From Babesia bigemina (Eukaryota), in contig NC_027216.1 in the NCBI RefSeq assembly GCF_000981445.1, forward strand, positions 992,001-1,056,000: 64,000 nucleotides of DNA, read 5' to 3'. A program made the position numbers and the translations under genes. Shown here in pieces: positions 23,201-35,569 of the stretch. The notes below the pieces were generated by a model, which worked only from the letters and a program-made list of their open reading frames with translations, had not been told where the DNA came from and ran no database searches. The number at the start of each line of letters is the position of its first letter. Position 1 is the stretch's first letter.

Positions 23201-23393
23201 GTACACGCCCTTCCTGGCCAGTGTATTCGGCGTCGTTCCTCTGGACAAACACGACTGGATTGCCGTGTTGATGTGGTCGTTCCCCGTGATTATCATTGAC
23301 GAGATCATTAAGTGGGTGGGCAGGAACTACATTCGGCGGTCGCAGCGCCACGAGGAGCCCACGAAACCCATGGCAGACAAGAAGGCGGACTAA
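20280..23393 (+). CDS. ATP6: SERCA-type P2A Ca2+-ATPase
   Basis: TGES, AAIPEGLPAVIT, DKTGT, KGAPE, TGDGVNDAPALK and LLWVNLVTDGLPATAL motifs. Confidence 0.97.
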   Translation: MAGNRAVATEKSGDLVVLRTPHTSSVDDVLKHYRVTLEKGLDSKAVEDRRRLFGANMLEQKAKESIWVLFLGQFDDMLVKILLGAAIVSFVLTLTEVTDSYAITDFIEPLVIVVILVLNAFVGVWQETNAEQALDALKKLQSTVATCLRDGKWVTIDSVDLVVGDIVRMRTGNKVPADLRVCSISSTSLSCEQSQLTGESRNVAKTSKPIPAGMENCEIQEKRNLLFCGTTVSAGSCVGVVVATGMQTEIGAIQAAVLDAGSQERGTPLQRMLSDFSTSLSKFISVICIAVWVINVRNFNDPIHHSFMKGCIYYFKIAIALAVAAIPEGLPAVITTSLALGTRNMAKRNAIVRKLPSVETLGCTTVICSDKTGTITTNKMRAQVLKLVGNDDKVRSVHFTDDGKIDTTKGNSNEIAPGQGLNGPFGKLLSAVFKCGCICSEAAVEQEEGEPTELAILHMVNDVHAFLTPNGSAIVSAEYQKQIRKEATLEFCRDRKMMSVIASEDGGHQLYTKGAPESVIERCNMYMKADGTMSPITPAVKATIMQEVEMMARDALRTLAFACSNDAAGALQIYKQKSASGEISEGSPEFFQEIERDLVFLGLTGILDPPRPQVRQAIEMAHTAGIRVFMITGDNKLTAEAIAKRVGILPPEFPAASDRVCYSYTGKEFEKLSDSEKRRVVSGHGVVFSRTEPKHKQDIVSILKQLGETVAMTGDGVNDAPALKMADIGIAMGITGTEVAKEAADMILVDDNFQSIVAAIEEGRCIYSNMKSFIRYLISSNIGEVASIFLTAAMGIPEGMMPVKLLWVNLVTDGLPATALSFNPPDHKVMLKPPRSNDEKLIDGWTFLRYLIIGLYVGVSTVGSFVWWYVRGISPNDGNTTVTLKQLMSFSKCTQWSDFSVNRLEGMTDDMCSYFTLGKIKPATISLTVLVMIEMFNAYNAVSEESSLFCTPPWLNPHLMVATTISFTIHCIILYTPFLASVFGVVPLDKHDWIAVLMWSFPVIIIDEIIKWVGRNYIRRSQRHEEPTKPMADKKAD

Positions 23394-24020
23394 AACGTAA
23401 CAGCGTCAAAGCTGAACTGGAACTGCACAATTTCTGGACGTTGCACGTTTCTACGGAATTTGCAGTGACACGTGGCGGTGGTGGCATGACGGCGTTAGAC
23501 GAGCAGCATATCTTTAAATGACGCTAGAATGCACTCACATCGTAAACGAGTCTGCCATTTCACTGGCCGACGCACTAACATGCCAAACTGGCACGTGCAG
23601 CGGCCCATACCGCAATTAGAATGCCCATAATGTGCCGATTTTTAGCGACGGATCAGTGTGTGCTGCTGTCCGCTCTTGTTGCGGTGGCCAGCGTGGCCAC
23701 CTCGGAATGGTATCTGGTTCTCGCGCATGACTGGGCTGTAGCCTTTGCACCCGGAGGCAGCTCTCGTCAGCGACTACACGCAACCGATGTCAAGTGATCG
23801 GATGCTGGCATGCCTCACGATGAACACGACTTAGTGTGATGCGCCGGTCGGCGCGGCATGAAAAAGCATGAACGTGTTGAACATGTTACAATAACGAGTC
23901 TGTCGATCGCATATAGCGTATCAGCGTGAGCTCTATATTGACATTTCGTGGACGTCTATGAAGACACGGCCGGCGTTCATCCAATGAAGCGAGACCGGAC
24001 ATGCTTGGCCATCGGCCACT

Positions 24021-24839
24021 CTATTCTGCACTGCGAACTGGGTGAATGTTAAACGTTTTCACCGATTTTGGCTTCAGCACGTGCACTTCGATGTGATCGT
24101 CGCTTATGAAGGCCCTCACGAGGTAGGAGTCTGCTTCCAGGGGCTGCGTACCGGGTACCACACCCTCGTCGGTGAACAGTGTGTAATAGACTGAACCTAT
24201 CTTGTATGGGTGCTTGAAGTAGTTGCGCCACGGGTATATTTCGAAGCCTCGGTGCTTACGCGCCAGCGTGTACACGAAGCCGAAAAGTCCATTGTCCAGC
24301 AGCAGCTTGCGCTCCACAAACGGATGCATGGGTGTGTTGGGAGTTATGTTCAGGTCCAAAGAAATAGGTCCGCAGGCAAAGCTCTCTACCGCGTGGTCGT
24401 CGCACTCCACCGGCCCGTTGCTGTTGACGAGGAACGTCTTGGTTCGGTACCCAGCGGGGTGGCCATGGCGGTCGATGAAGGCAAACAACCGGATCACACG
24501 TTCGTCGCCGCGCACAAAATATTCGACGTAGACGTCTTTGTGGCCGTATGATTCGAAAACTTTTGGGACCAACTCGACGGATCCGTACGACACACGGATG
24601 GTGCCTGCTTCACCTCGCACCAAACGGTAGACTCCACCGTCGGGGAAGGTTCCCTTAAACACGTCCACGTGATCTGAAAAATTGAAAGATTCCAAGTCGA
24701 CCTGAAACGGCAACTCAGCGTCTTTGGGTGGGAAATGTAACAAGCCCATGCTGAAGGTTTTGATTTCGCACTGCTCTGCGCCCGGACCTAATTGGATAGA
24801 GTCGATATGGTTATCAGATATTCTTGAAAATTGTATCAC
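24021..24839 (-). CDS. Piroplasm-type hypothetical beta-rich protein (probably a last exon; 5' exons not resolved)
   Basis: 272-codon open frame with gene-like codon usage, no ATG start, and no firm motif. Confidence 0.55.
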   Translation of the reverse strand: MIQFSRISDNHIDSIQLGPGAEQCEIKTFSMGLLHFPPKDAELPFQVDLESFNFSDHVDVFKGTFPDGGVYRLVRGEAGTIRVSYGSVELVPKVFESYGHKDVYVEYFVRGDERVIRLFAFIDRHGHPAGYRTKTFLVNSNGPVECDDHAVESFACGPISLDLNITPNTPMHPFVERKLLLDNGLFGFVYTLARKHRGFEIYPWRNYFKHPYKIGSVYYTLFTDEGVVPGTQPLEADSYLVRAFISDDHIEVHVLKPKSVKTFNIHPVRSAE

Positions 24840-25663
24840 ATGAGTTTATTGCAATGTTTTTATGCAGTGGAGCGTTGGGTCGCGGCAGGCATGGGCCATA
24901 GGGGCCAAATGCCTCACCGAGGAAAGTGAGATGCACGAACGACCTCTTGTCACCTCGGCCGGCTGCTGTCTACGCTCGACGGACACACACGGGCGGCCAT
25001 TTTAGATTCAATCATGCCATGAAAGACCGTTGCTTTTACACGGAGAGCTCTGGGAGCCGACGTATGGCCCTGACGACCTGCTCCGGCGCAGCTCTCCGTC
25101 GGTAAGGGGAAAAAGGACTAGCTATCACTGCCCAAGGTGACAACAAACTTACGAGCGCCGTTTTTTGCCGGATTCCGGGCAGATTAAGGCGGTAGTAAAA
25201 TGCCTATAAAAATAGGTTTGCGGTGTGAGCCTGTCTACACGGCGTCGGTGTGATTGGTGCCAACGTCGGCCGCCAAAGCACCCAGGCACGCGATTGCATA
25301 AACCGATATGAACTGATTAGCTGAGCTCATAGAACACTTTTTAAAAAACGCACGAACAACTTTTACAGCAAGGAGGTAAACTGCAGGGGCCAACGCAGTT
25401 TACGGTATTGCACACATGTTCGGCCTTAAGACTCATAGATATTAGCTGTTGTACACATTTGTGGCTTGCGGTAACCGCGGAGTGCGTGGAAGATGGCTGT
25501 GGAATCGGTATGTGCATACCACGCGGCCATCCGGTGACCGACGGTTGCCGCCGTAACGCAGTGGACCTGTGTGTTCGCAGCGTCCATTACAGCTTTAAAG
25601 GCAGCGCACAGGCACTCCGTCTTTGCATATTTACGACAGACAGATGCAACGTGCGCCACGGGC

Positions 25664-28600
25664 TCATTTGATGGCGACCAAAATGAGCAACAGAGATGCG
25701 AAAACAAAGGCAATCGTGATGAACATCCCGGTCCACTTCAACCCTGACATAATTGCCCCCGATGCGTTGTTTATGGTTGCCTTTATTTCTTGCCAGTCCA
25801 GGTACGTGCGGTTCTCCAGCACGTTTGGCAGGAAGGGGTCCTTGTTAGGCGCCTCGCGCCCCTTGCCAACCGCGAACAGCTTGGCCTCCGAATCCGACAG
25901 CACCGAAAACTCAATCCCTATTTGCCCCCTCGACTGGGATCCGAAAGACGGGTGCAGGCAGTCCAGCCAAAACTTCTTGCAGTGGTACGGACCAACCTTC
26001 TTCCGGATTCTTGAGTAGTCCTGACGCAGGTCAATTGCGCTCTCCCCTATCAGCTCGTTGCCACCCAACAAGTTCGAAGAACAAATCTGGAGTTTCAGTA
26101 ACGAATAGTCGCTGGGTATCCGAATCGGATACTTGAACCGCCAGTTGAAGACGGCGGTTCCGTCGCGACTATTGTAATGCGTGTCAGTTTCCTCAACGAG
26201 GTCCTCACCCTCCTCGACCTGGTATGTGCCACGAACGAATAGCGACAGTGCCGAGTTCCCATCCAGAGGAACACCACGCAGGTCCCATATAACAACACGG
26301 AGTTCGTAGTCCGACTGCTCCATGCCACCCAGCGTGCGGATGGGTTTCGTCTGCGCAGTATCCAGGTCCATCATCTCAATCCAGCAACGCAGCGTTCCGT
26401 GAGAAACCGTGGAGTCCTCGTTTTTCAAAGTGCGGAGCTCTATGGGCACAATATCTTGCACCATGAGCTGCTGCATCTTCTGGTTCAGGAAGCGATCTTC
26501 GCAGTCCACAAAGGTGGTGCCGATCACCTCATCCTGGATGGTCCCCTGCTCTACGACGCTGATTTTGAGAATTGAGTTTTCGGGTAAGGCGCAACCCAAG
26601 TTGAAACAGACGTTAAACACCGGTTTCACACCCTGAGCGCGGATGGTGGTATCTCGTATGTTCTGGGGGTAGCTCAGCGACGATTTCTGCTCTCCATCGG
26701 AATTCCGGACCCACAGATACGTCGGGATGTTGCTATGGCCGCTGCTCGTGTAGAGCCCCTTGGCCTGGAGCACGTAGAGGCGCACAACGAGCTCTTTTGC
26801 CTTGGCGTACAGGTCAACCAACTTCTGACGGCGCTCGGCCATCTTCGCAGCGGCCTCCCGGCGGACGTCCTTGTTGTCGTTGGCATCCACGCTGCACATG
26901 TATTTGAGGACGCCCACAGTTTCCGGCACGCCCGCTGGGGTGCACTGCACAATCGGGGCCTTCATATAGGGAAGGTCCTCCAGCGCGAAATCACATTCCA
27001 TCTCGTAGGGGATCTCGTCACGCTGCAAATCGTCGGGTTCGTCATCCTCCACCACGGCGATGTCGAAGTCGTTGCGGAACTCCTCGCCGTCACGCGACTC
27101 GCCGGCGCGCTGCAGCGAGACAAAATCGAAGGTTTCGTAGATCTTCACGTTCTGCGATTCGATGTCTTCCCGCACAACCGACTTCGAGGAGCCGCTCTCG
27201 TTCTTCGATTCATCGATGTGGGTCTGCTCCCCGGTCGACAGAAAATCTTCGAGCACCTGCATCTTGAAGATATCCTTGGAGTGAAGGCGCTCCTCGTGTG
27301 TTAGCCACGGCAGAAACGCGTTGAGGCTAACGTACGTCACGCCGAAGCACTCATTGTCGCCGGTGATGACCACAAACTCGATGTAGCAGTGGTGCTGCAT
27401 GCGTTTCGGGAGGTCAACCATGAGGCTGTGAGTAGTCAGGTAGTTCCAGTTCCCCTCGGAACCGGAAACGGGGTTGCCACTGGAGGACTTGTAGATCGGG
27501 TTGTCACGGCTTCCGAAACGGATCAACACGCGAGGCCGATTGAGCGGTCTAAAGGCGCGCACTCCGATGAGAAGCAACGAGACCAGTGACGCGATTTTGG
27601 ACGGGCGAATGTCGTCGAAAAACGGGTACAGGTCCGGATCCTTCAATAAAATGTCAGTCGGGACCAACTCAAACGCAACTAGCACACAGGGGTGATGCAG
27701 ATCGTTCTTTGTGGACTTCAGCTGGACCCACTGAGGCGCCTTGCGCCACTCCTTGGGAACCTTCGTGAGACTGAAGTGGCCGTTACACAACAGCTCGCGC
27801 GAAGCAAACATCGACGTTGGCTCAGCGTAAATGTTGATGGTCACATCGGGCGCCAGCACGAGGTTGGAAGGAAGCAAAACCTCCACCTCCGTAGCCTCGT
27901 AAAACGAGGGGCACAAGGTGCCTCTGGCCACCTGGGTTCGGATGTGGAACCCACCGAGCTCTATCTCCACGAAGGAATCTGGGAACCCCGCCATGCCAAG
28001 GCACGGGATATTCAATGCCTCGTATATCATCGCCCGAAACACGTACTTGGACAACGTGTATTCGAATCGACCTGGGCGTTGCTCGACTTCGTCACCAATC
28101 ACCTCAATGGACATAAGCATGTTGAAGGCATCAATGCGCGGGTCAGCCACGCTTGGCATCAAAAACCACATCGGTTTTCCCTGTGAACGCCGAATTAGGT
28201 CGTACGATATGCGTTTCCAGGCCACTCGCGGTTGTTCCGTGATTCCCCATTCCGAACGGTCGTTAACGTAAACGAAGAAATCCCAGAAGTCGGAGTCGTT
28301 GCTACCTACGAAAAACTGACGACTACGGGACGAATTCAAACCTGACACAAGAGGCTCCATGGGCGCCAATCTGCCTACAGTGTCGTCCACTTTGTAGGTG
28401 CCATTTGCGCCCAGTCTCAACACCGCGGTCCGCACGGAGTAGGGGCCCAAACAGACAACCACCTCTATTGGCACCGTCGAGTTGGCAAGAGGCACCACCT
28501 CATAGATGTCAATCCACACGATGCGCTTCTGAGTCGGAGGCGCGGAAATCTGCTTGAAGGGCTTGATGCCCACCACAGGCGGCACCTGGACCTGCGTAGC

Positions 28601-29780
28601 CGATGCGCTGATCAAAACGCGTCCACCATAATCAGTCAGACATTCGTTGGAGCCAACCACGTACGTCTTCACTAAATCGAGTAGCCCTGACGTTGATGCG
28701 TTATTGCAGTATATGTTGACCCATCTCGGAGGGTAGTCATTGTTGAAGAGGTACTTCACGTCAATGGACTCGCAGTGGAGCAGCACACTGTTAGACTCCC
28801 CATTCCATATCTCCACCGTCAACAGGTCGTCGAAAGAGGGCGTTAAACAGGGCATGTAAAGCGTCGACTGCCACTCGGGGTTTGGGTTGTCCTTTATCAC
28901 GGGGGTCTGGACCTGGAGTCCACCGTGACAAACTCTCACGAAGGGCTCCAAGCATGTCGATAAGAGAGAGCCCCGCGACATGAAATCGCGGCCGCATATG
29001 ACGTTGAGGTTCAGGACGTAGAACTTCGACGCTATTTCGGGCGAACGCAGATTGCGAGCGCCGCCCTGCCCGACGTCCGCAGCGGCAATGATGGCACCCG
29101 TAGGGCGGGTGCCTCCCACACCCTCCTTGAACAACGGCACATTATCTCCCGGTCCAAAGACACCCACAGAAGTCAGCAACAACCCCTGCACGCGAGTTAT
29201 ACACGAAAAAGCAGATGAAGTCGATGTGCCACGGACACAAAATTGCTGCTGCGGCGTTTCGTCTAAATAGTCACTACGGGACTTCTACTACGACAAAATA
29301 CCGCAAATTAGAACGAACAGGCTGTATAAATACGAAGGGACGAACAAATTGAGTGTTTCAAATCACATCTCGATATGGGTGAAAACGTACCGCGTTGTGA
29401 CCCGGGAAGTCAGGGCAGAGGACTCTCGCCCAGGAACGATGAATGCAGTGCTGCTGCTTCGAGTAAATGTAATGCAGCCCGAACGCATGCAATCCGATGA
29501 GCGCACTCTGTATGCGATATTTGTGGTGGAGGGATACAATAATCCGAGTTCTGCTCAGCTCAGTGGGCGTCAGGTCAAGAGTGAAGTTGAAGGAAGCGTT
29601 GAAAACCGCGTTAGACGCCTGGTTCTTCTGTATCGTAGAGTACTGCGTGTTGCCAACCGTCACCAGGCAGTACAGGTTGGGGATGATGTCAACCTCGGAA
29701 CTCGGATCCTTGAAGACCACCTCCTTCACCTCGTGAACTTCCACCTTTATGAGGTACTTCACGGCGGCCATGGTGGCCAT
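25664..29780 (-). CDS. Ferlin-family multi-C2-domain tail-anchored protein; exons 29780-29391 and 29185-25664
   Basis: Several C2 domains, ETDTHYNSRDGTAVFNWRF, VGKGREAPNKDPFL and a C-terminal TM helix. A GT-AG intron joins GHNA|GLLLTSVGVFGPGD. Confidence 0.92.
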
Positions 29781-30082
29781 GTGTGTACGTATTATATTGC
29801 TTGTGCATTATAAAACCCGGTCAAAGCACACAGTATACGCATACTGGCGCGCCTAGACAGGGTCACGCGACCAAGGCCGGCGACATCAGGAGGCCTCACC
29901 AACGGCCGTATAGGGCACACATTAATATTTGGACACACATATGTCGTGTGTAACGTGTTTGTAGGGGAGTAAACGTGCTGTGTTGGCGATATGAGCCACC
30001 CGAAGGCTGAATAGGCTGCCGATGCCTCCGCGGCGCGGCGCGCAAGCATATCGATTACGAAGTCGGCATTACTGGCGTCAAG

Positions 30083-31150
30083 ATGGACAACGAATGCCCG
30101 ATATGCCTCGATGTTATCACTCCGCTGAGTGAAAAGAAGATGCTGGTGTCGAAGGTTTGCGATCACAAGATGTAGGTCTCCGTGCTTCATGCTGGCAACC
30201 CCGCTTATTTGGTGGCCTGTGTTCGCAGTTGTTCATGACGTTTCGATTGCGTATTCGCTAATTGCTGATCAGATGCGACGTATGTGCGGAGCGACAGCGT
30301 AGGTTAACGTCTTGAAGTCGCTCAAAGCCACCAGTATCATCCCAAGTCGGCCAGGCGCAGTGCGCCATCTGCCGGTGCCACATAAGCAGGGCTTCCTTCG
30401 CCCCGTTCGACATTACGCAGGCGTATTACAGCGCGCTCAGGGATGCGCGCAAGCGCGTTCTGCAGGTGTAAGTTCGCCGGGCGCGGAGAATACTCCAGCA
30501 GGTACAACGACACCCGAAGCAACTTCAAGGACACGCCGGAGTACAACAAGTTTCTCGAGGAGAGGGAAGAGATGATAAACACGCTGGCTGCGGGTAGGAA
30601 CGACCTGCGGTGGGAGAAGGTGGAGACGGAATTGAAGAACTATGAGCGCCAACAGGCATCGCGCATATCGGAGAATATAGTAGCGCAGGTTTGAACGGCT
30701 GTGAGCGAACTCATGCAGTGTAGCAAAATGAACTGCGTAAGCGCGTCAAATACATCGTGGAAACCGAAAAGACCTTCTACGAGATGGTGGACAAGGGCGC
30801 GCCATTCAACCTGTGGAAGGTCGAAGATCTGGTCCACACCCTGCAGCGCACTCACGCCTCCTTCTTCGCCGAAGACAAGGAAGTCACCTCGTCGACAGGC
30901 GAATGCAAAGTAAGCTGATAAATGCGGATCTCCACTATCTGCAGCCTCTCAACGCCGCGATAAGAAACGACACCGACATCCCACGACGAATGCTGGCCTC
31001 CAGGTGAGCGGCGGTTGGCGAGGGAAACCGACAGACATGTGCAGGGATGAGGTTCTGGCGTGTGATATCGCAGGAGGGTACAACACAGCGCTGGTTGCGG
31101 AGCGTTGTCAGATGCAAGTGGATCTAATGCTGCTCTGGAACTTAGTATAG
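30083..31150 (+). CDS. MAT1: CDK-activating kinase assembly factor MAT1 (TFIIH subunit), about 7 exons, missed by the ORF track
   Basis: Spliced product MDNECPICLD..VCDHKICDVC..QCAICR (RING), RKRVLQVYNDTRSNFKDTPEYNKFLEERE, and C-terminal AGGY..VAERC. Introns include 30172-30272, 30299-30334, 30468-30501 and 30689-30723. Confidence 0.88.
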
Positions 31151-31847
31151 GTGACACGGCGATCCAGCCACTAGCGGCGTGAGATCCCACACCAAACAGA
31201 CACAAAATGCAGCACGATACATACAATATACAAGCAGTTACGTAGACGCAATGACCTACATAAGCCTGGGCGAATTCGACGACTACCCCGCCGCCGAGTC
31301 GTTCACACGAGCTCCTTTGGATGAGTATAAAGGGGCCGACCATATAGAAACCGAGTGCTCTAAAACCCGGATGTGCAAAAATGTGATCGAACAATTTTGC
31401 GTACAATCATCGGCCCATCAGCTGCAATGGAAGGTTGAGAAGGTCAAAGTCGACACGCAATCCAGCACATCGCACGGAAATCAAGCAAATAAAACGCTTG
31501 CGGTTGATCCTAAAATGCTGCAACATACGGGAACGCTCTACACGTTGTGGTAGGTCCACGCCATGCAACCGTACACCTTCCTCAGCTACACACCCGCCTA
31601 CTGGCCGAGAGCCTCCCCGAAAGTCCGAGCCACGGGCAAAGGTGCCATCGCAAAAACACCGCACTAACGTGAATACTTCTTACCCACTGTAGCTCTGCCA
31701 TATAAAAACACGCACTGTGGAAGGCGCGATGCTGTCTAATGAGCCACGCCGGACGACAGACGCCACCGCTGCGGGCATATGTTAGCCCGAAAGCACGCAG
31801 TATCGCAAATGACGGCCTGACGCGCAACTCTGGGGGAGGGAAGAAGG

Positions 31848-34800
31848 ATGGATATGCTAGATCAGGACTCGGAGGCGTGCCTCGAGTGGTTCCGTCCGTG
31901 GCTCGAGTCAATAGCTGCGTCCGAGTCACCGCGGTCTTCAACGTGGGACGAAAACATTCCGCACTACACAAAGCTCCAAAACGCCGCCTCCTTGAACGAG
32001 ATAGCGATAGAACTGTATCACGAGATACACAAAGGCGACCTTTCTCTGCAGGAGCTCACCCAGCATATTGGACAAATAGGCGATGTGCTTAACCAAGTGG
32101 ACCTCAGGCAGCTCGCCACCCAGCCGAAGTCGCGCAGTAACAAGATGCTCACGGCATTCCTCGACTCCTCTGACATATCGGATGCGCTGCAGGAGTGCCA
32201 CCAGCAGGATTCTTACGCGTACGTATACCTGCTGGTGAGGCTGCTGTACGAGGTGTTGCTGTACACCAAGTCAACTTCCGTGAGACTCTTCTGTTTCTAT
32301 CAAATCGTAAGGAACACGAAGGTCATGCGTATTCTCTTCGGGCTCTTCACGCGTGAAGTTTGCATAAGGGGTGCGGAGGGGTACGTTGAGGGCAAAACTC
32401 CCGCCGTGGTTGACGCGCTCGACACCATAGGGCAGCTGCCCCGGCAATTCTCTGTCAACGTGATGGACACTATACTTATGCAAATGCTGGAGGCGCACGA
32501 TATAAACCTTAAGGTATGTGGGTTCGAACTGCTGAAGCTTTGTCCACGCATCGTTGCCTGTAATCCGCAGCTGCTGGGCGAGCTTCGGGACGCGCTGGTC
32601 GGGCCTGTTGATGATTTCGCCACCAAATCTGCCGTAGCGCTGATCGGTGTGCTGGAATACGTCCCAAAGGAGGTTGCGCAGATATTTTTGAGATGCAGCC
32701 ACGAGCACACTCTTGCGGTAGAGTGCAGCCCCCAACGGGTACAGTCATTTTGCTGCGTCGCGCTTGGGTGCCGTCTTCAACCACTCTACAAAACGGCGTT
32801 TCGCATGTGTTGGAACATCTGGATCCACATCGAATCGTGTAGGGAGCAGCGGCAGACGTCGGAGACGCTTATCGTTCGTGAATCGCAATTCTACTTGATG
32901 CTGACCAGCACGATTCTCTGTCTGGACCGTCCAGATTTGGAGATGCGACAGAGACGAAGGCTGGAGTCGCTTTTTTACGACCAGAGGGAACGGGAATCCG
33001 GCATGGAAGTGGCACTCTGTCTCAACCTACTCTACAAACACTACGCAGATGTCAAAGAGCTAACCAAGCTATGTAAAATGGAAGTCAAAGGGACCAACGT
33101 TTATAAGGATATGAACTGTATTCTATTCAAGATGATCATTCGGCAGTTCAAGGAAAGTAAGAGCTCGAAGACATTCGTGAACGCTGTTGCCCTATTCGAG
33201 TCTTTGGTGTTCACAGACGCCGCCAACATTAAACTGCTACGTGATATCAAAGACGCGTTCAAGCATTTGAAGGCAAACTATTCGGAGTACATGCTACGCA
33301 TCTTGCGAGTAGCTGCCACGCAGTACCCCGCCCTCACCGGCGAACTGAGTTACCTCCAAACGATAGTCTTGCGGATGATGGCAAACATCATCAAAATGTG
33401 CTACGTCGTCGAACCACAAAAGTTGGCCAGAATGATGCCCGAAATCAAGGAAGTTGTTGAACTCACCGATCTGAGGTTCCTCTTCAAGCCGCTGCTCTCT
33501 ACGGAAGATTTCGGTACATTGGACGACGGACTAACGGCGACGCAGGTGAACCTTTGGGTGGGCACCTTGTACGACTTGACCCACATAAAGCCTCCAAAGA
33601 TACACAACTTCGTAACTGTGCCTGTGACCATCGATTTGTTGACAGGGAAGCTGAGAAACGTCGGTGAGACGGGTCCGGTGAGGGTCACCGTCATAACGAA
33701 AAAGGACGGCTTCAACTCCAGCGTACTGCATGGGCACGTTCGCTCGTTGTTTGTAGATGGCTTTGAAAGAATCGGCAGCGGGGGTGTAATGGGTCTGGCA
33801 ATAAACCTCGCCTTGAGGCTTGGGTTATATGACGAAGCGGCAAACTATCTCAGGCAGCTGGAGCTGTGGACGAGCGAAACGCTGCTGTGGTTTCATGCGC
33901 TGCACTTATACGCCAAAGCGGAGATAGAATCCGACGAAATCAAAGCCGTGCAGCTGCGAGTGCAGTGCTTGGATGCCTTGGAGACATACAGTCACCAGTG
34001 CACTTCGTGGGCAGTGGGCGATTCCAAAAACGATGTGATGGCACCGGAACTGAATTACAACGTCCCGGGCCTAGTGACACACGTTTGGTGTGTCCTCAGA
34101 CTTGTGTTTCAGGTGGCTGTCGGCCACCTGCAGCAAGCGCTAAACGAAAGCCCCTATGGCCCAACAGCACTGGCACCCGTGTTCGTCGGATTATTCGGTC
34201 ACTTCAAGACGCTCAGATGGGCATTCCGAGATCTATGTTGCGAAACCACACACATTTTACAGGTCTACGAGGGTCTCTGCATCCTGCTCCACGCCATCTG
34301 CTCGGTGGAACCGGCGCCGGAGGTTAAAAAGGAGGAAGCCGGAAGTCAAAATCCGGAGGACTCACAACACAACACAGATCCGGATGAAGCACTGAGGAAC
34401 TACATAACGAACCTATTCTCCGAAGACGATGTCCACATGCCCGAAACCTTCGCAATTGTGGAACTTATCGACCCGGCGATACGGGCTCAACTCTATGCGG
34501 CGCCCGCCATAATGGCGGCCCACAAAACCCTCATCGGCGCTGTGACGAAACCATGCAGCGACGTCGCTGCGGCGAAGGTGGAACCGGCGGTGCCACAGGT
34601 GATGCCAACACACGTGTCTCAGCTGTCCCTCGAGAGCGTCCTGAAAGAGTTCGTCCTGTTCTCTCGTGTGCGCACCAACAAAGAGAAAAACAGCACTAGG
34701 AAATCGACCGTTTCCGATGATTCTAACGCGGTTGCGGCAACGCAGTGCGACGCATTCGTCTCATACTTGTCGAGGGATATGGACCCCCTGGCGCCGTTGC

Positions 34801-35328
34801 TACTTCTTGCCAAGACGTGCGACACACATAACAAGAACGCAAAGGCTGTTGAGGAGCTGCTGAAAGCTATAAGAGCCCTCCAGCTGCCAATGCCGGTGGG
34901 GGTCATCAAAACGTTCCCCCTCCCCTTCGCGGCCTTGACAGCACTGGTGGTATACGAGGTAGGTCAGAACACCGTCATTATATTGTTACGCAGCAACGTT
35001 CCGGCGACGGCCCAGCGGCCGTACACATACAAGGGTCAATGCGTAACGTAGGTGTGAACGTAGTGGAGTAACAACGCTGCAGTGTGCTTGCCGGGTGGCG
35101 TGGATCAAGATAAAGCTCGAGGTGCTCGACGATGGTGCCAGCAGCCCCGTGATATTTAGAAAAAGGTTCAAAATGCATCGCAACGTTATAGACAAGTATG
35201 TACACCTGTACTTGGATCTACAATACGTCGAAGCGCTCAGCTTCAGCTGTCTGCCGCTGAACAGTGGCGGCTACCCCTGCGGCGTGCCCACACATTTCAG
35301 GCCGACGTTGCGGGAGATACCTACCTGA
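31848..35328 (+). CDS. Large alpha-solenoid protein, probable Integrator subunit 7 homolog (introns 34959-34993 and 35048-35082)
   Basis: ALRLGLYDEAANYLRQL..SETLLWFHALHLYAKAE and FRDLCCETTHILQVYEGLCILLHAI recall conserved INTS7 blocks; beta-rich C-terminal exons. Confidence 0.55.
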
Positions 35329-35569
35329 TTCCAGGCACCCACACACTGTTCCAGTAATGTATCGCAAACACATCGCTACGATCCCTATGATATAGAGCGG
35401 CAGCCGTAGGAATCACGTTAGTACCGTCCGGGGCAGCAAATAGAATCACCTACGATGACAGAGGCGTGGATACGAGATTTATAGCGGAACACATCATCGG
35501 CAGGAATATAGCTGGTGAGCAGGCGAACTGTCCTTCCACCGATTGCGCGCGGCGATAGCTGAAGACAAG

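Noticed and set aside
20349..23351. Many long antisense and alternate-frame ORFs over SERCA (likewise over ferlin, MTR4 and TAF7)
   Set aside because: These are shadows of GC3-rich codon usage and carry no independent motifs
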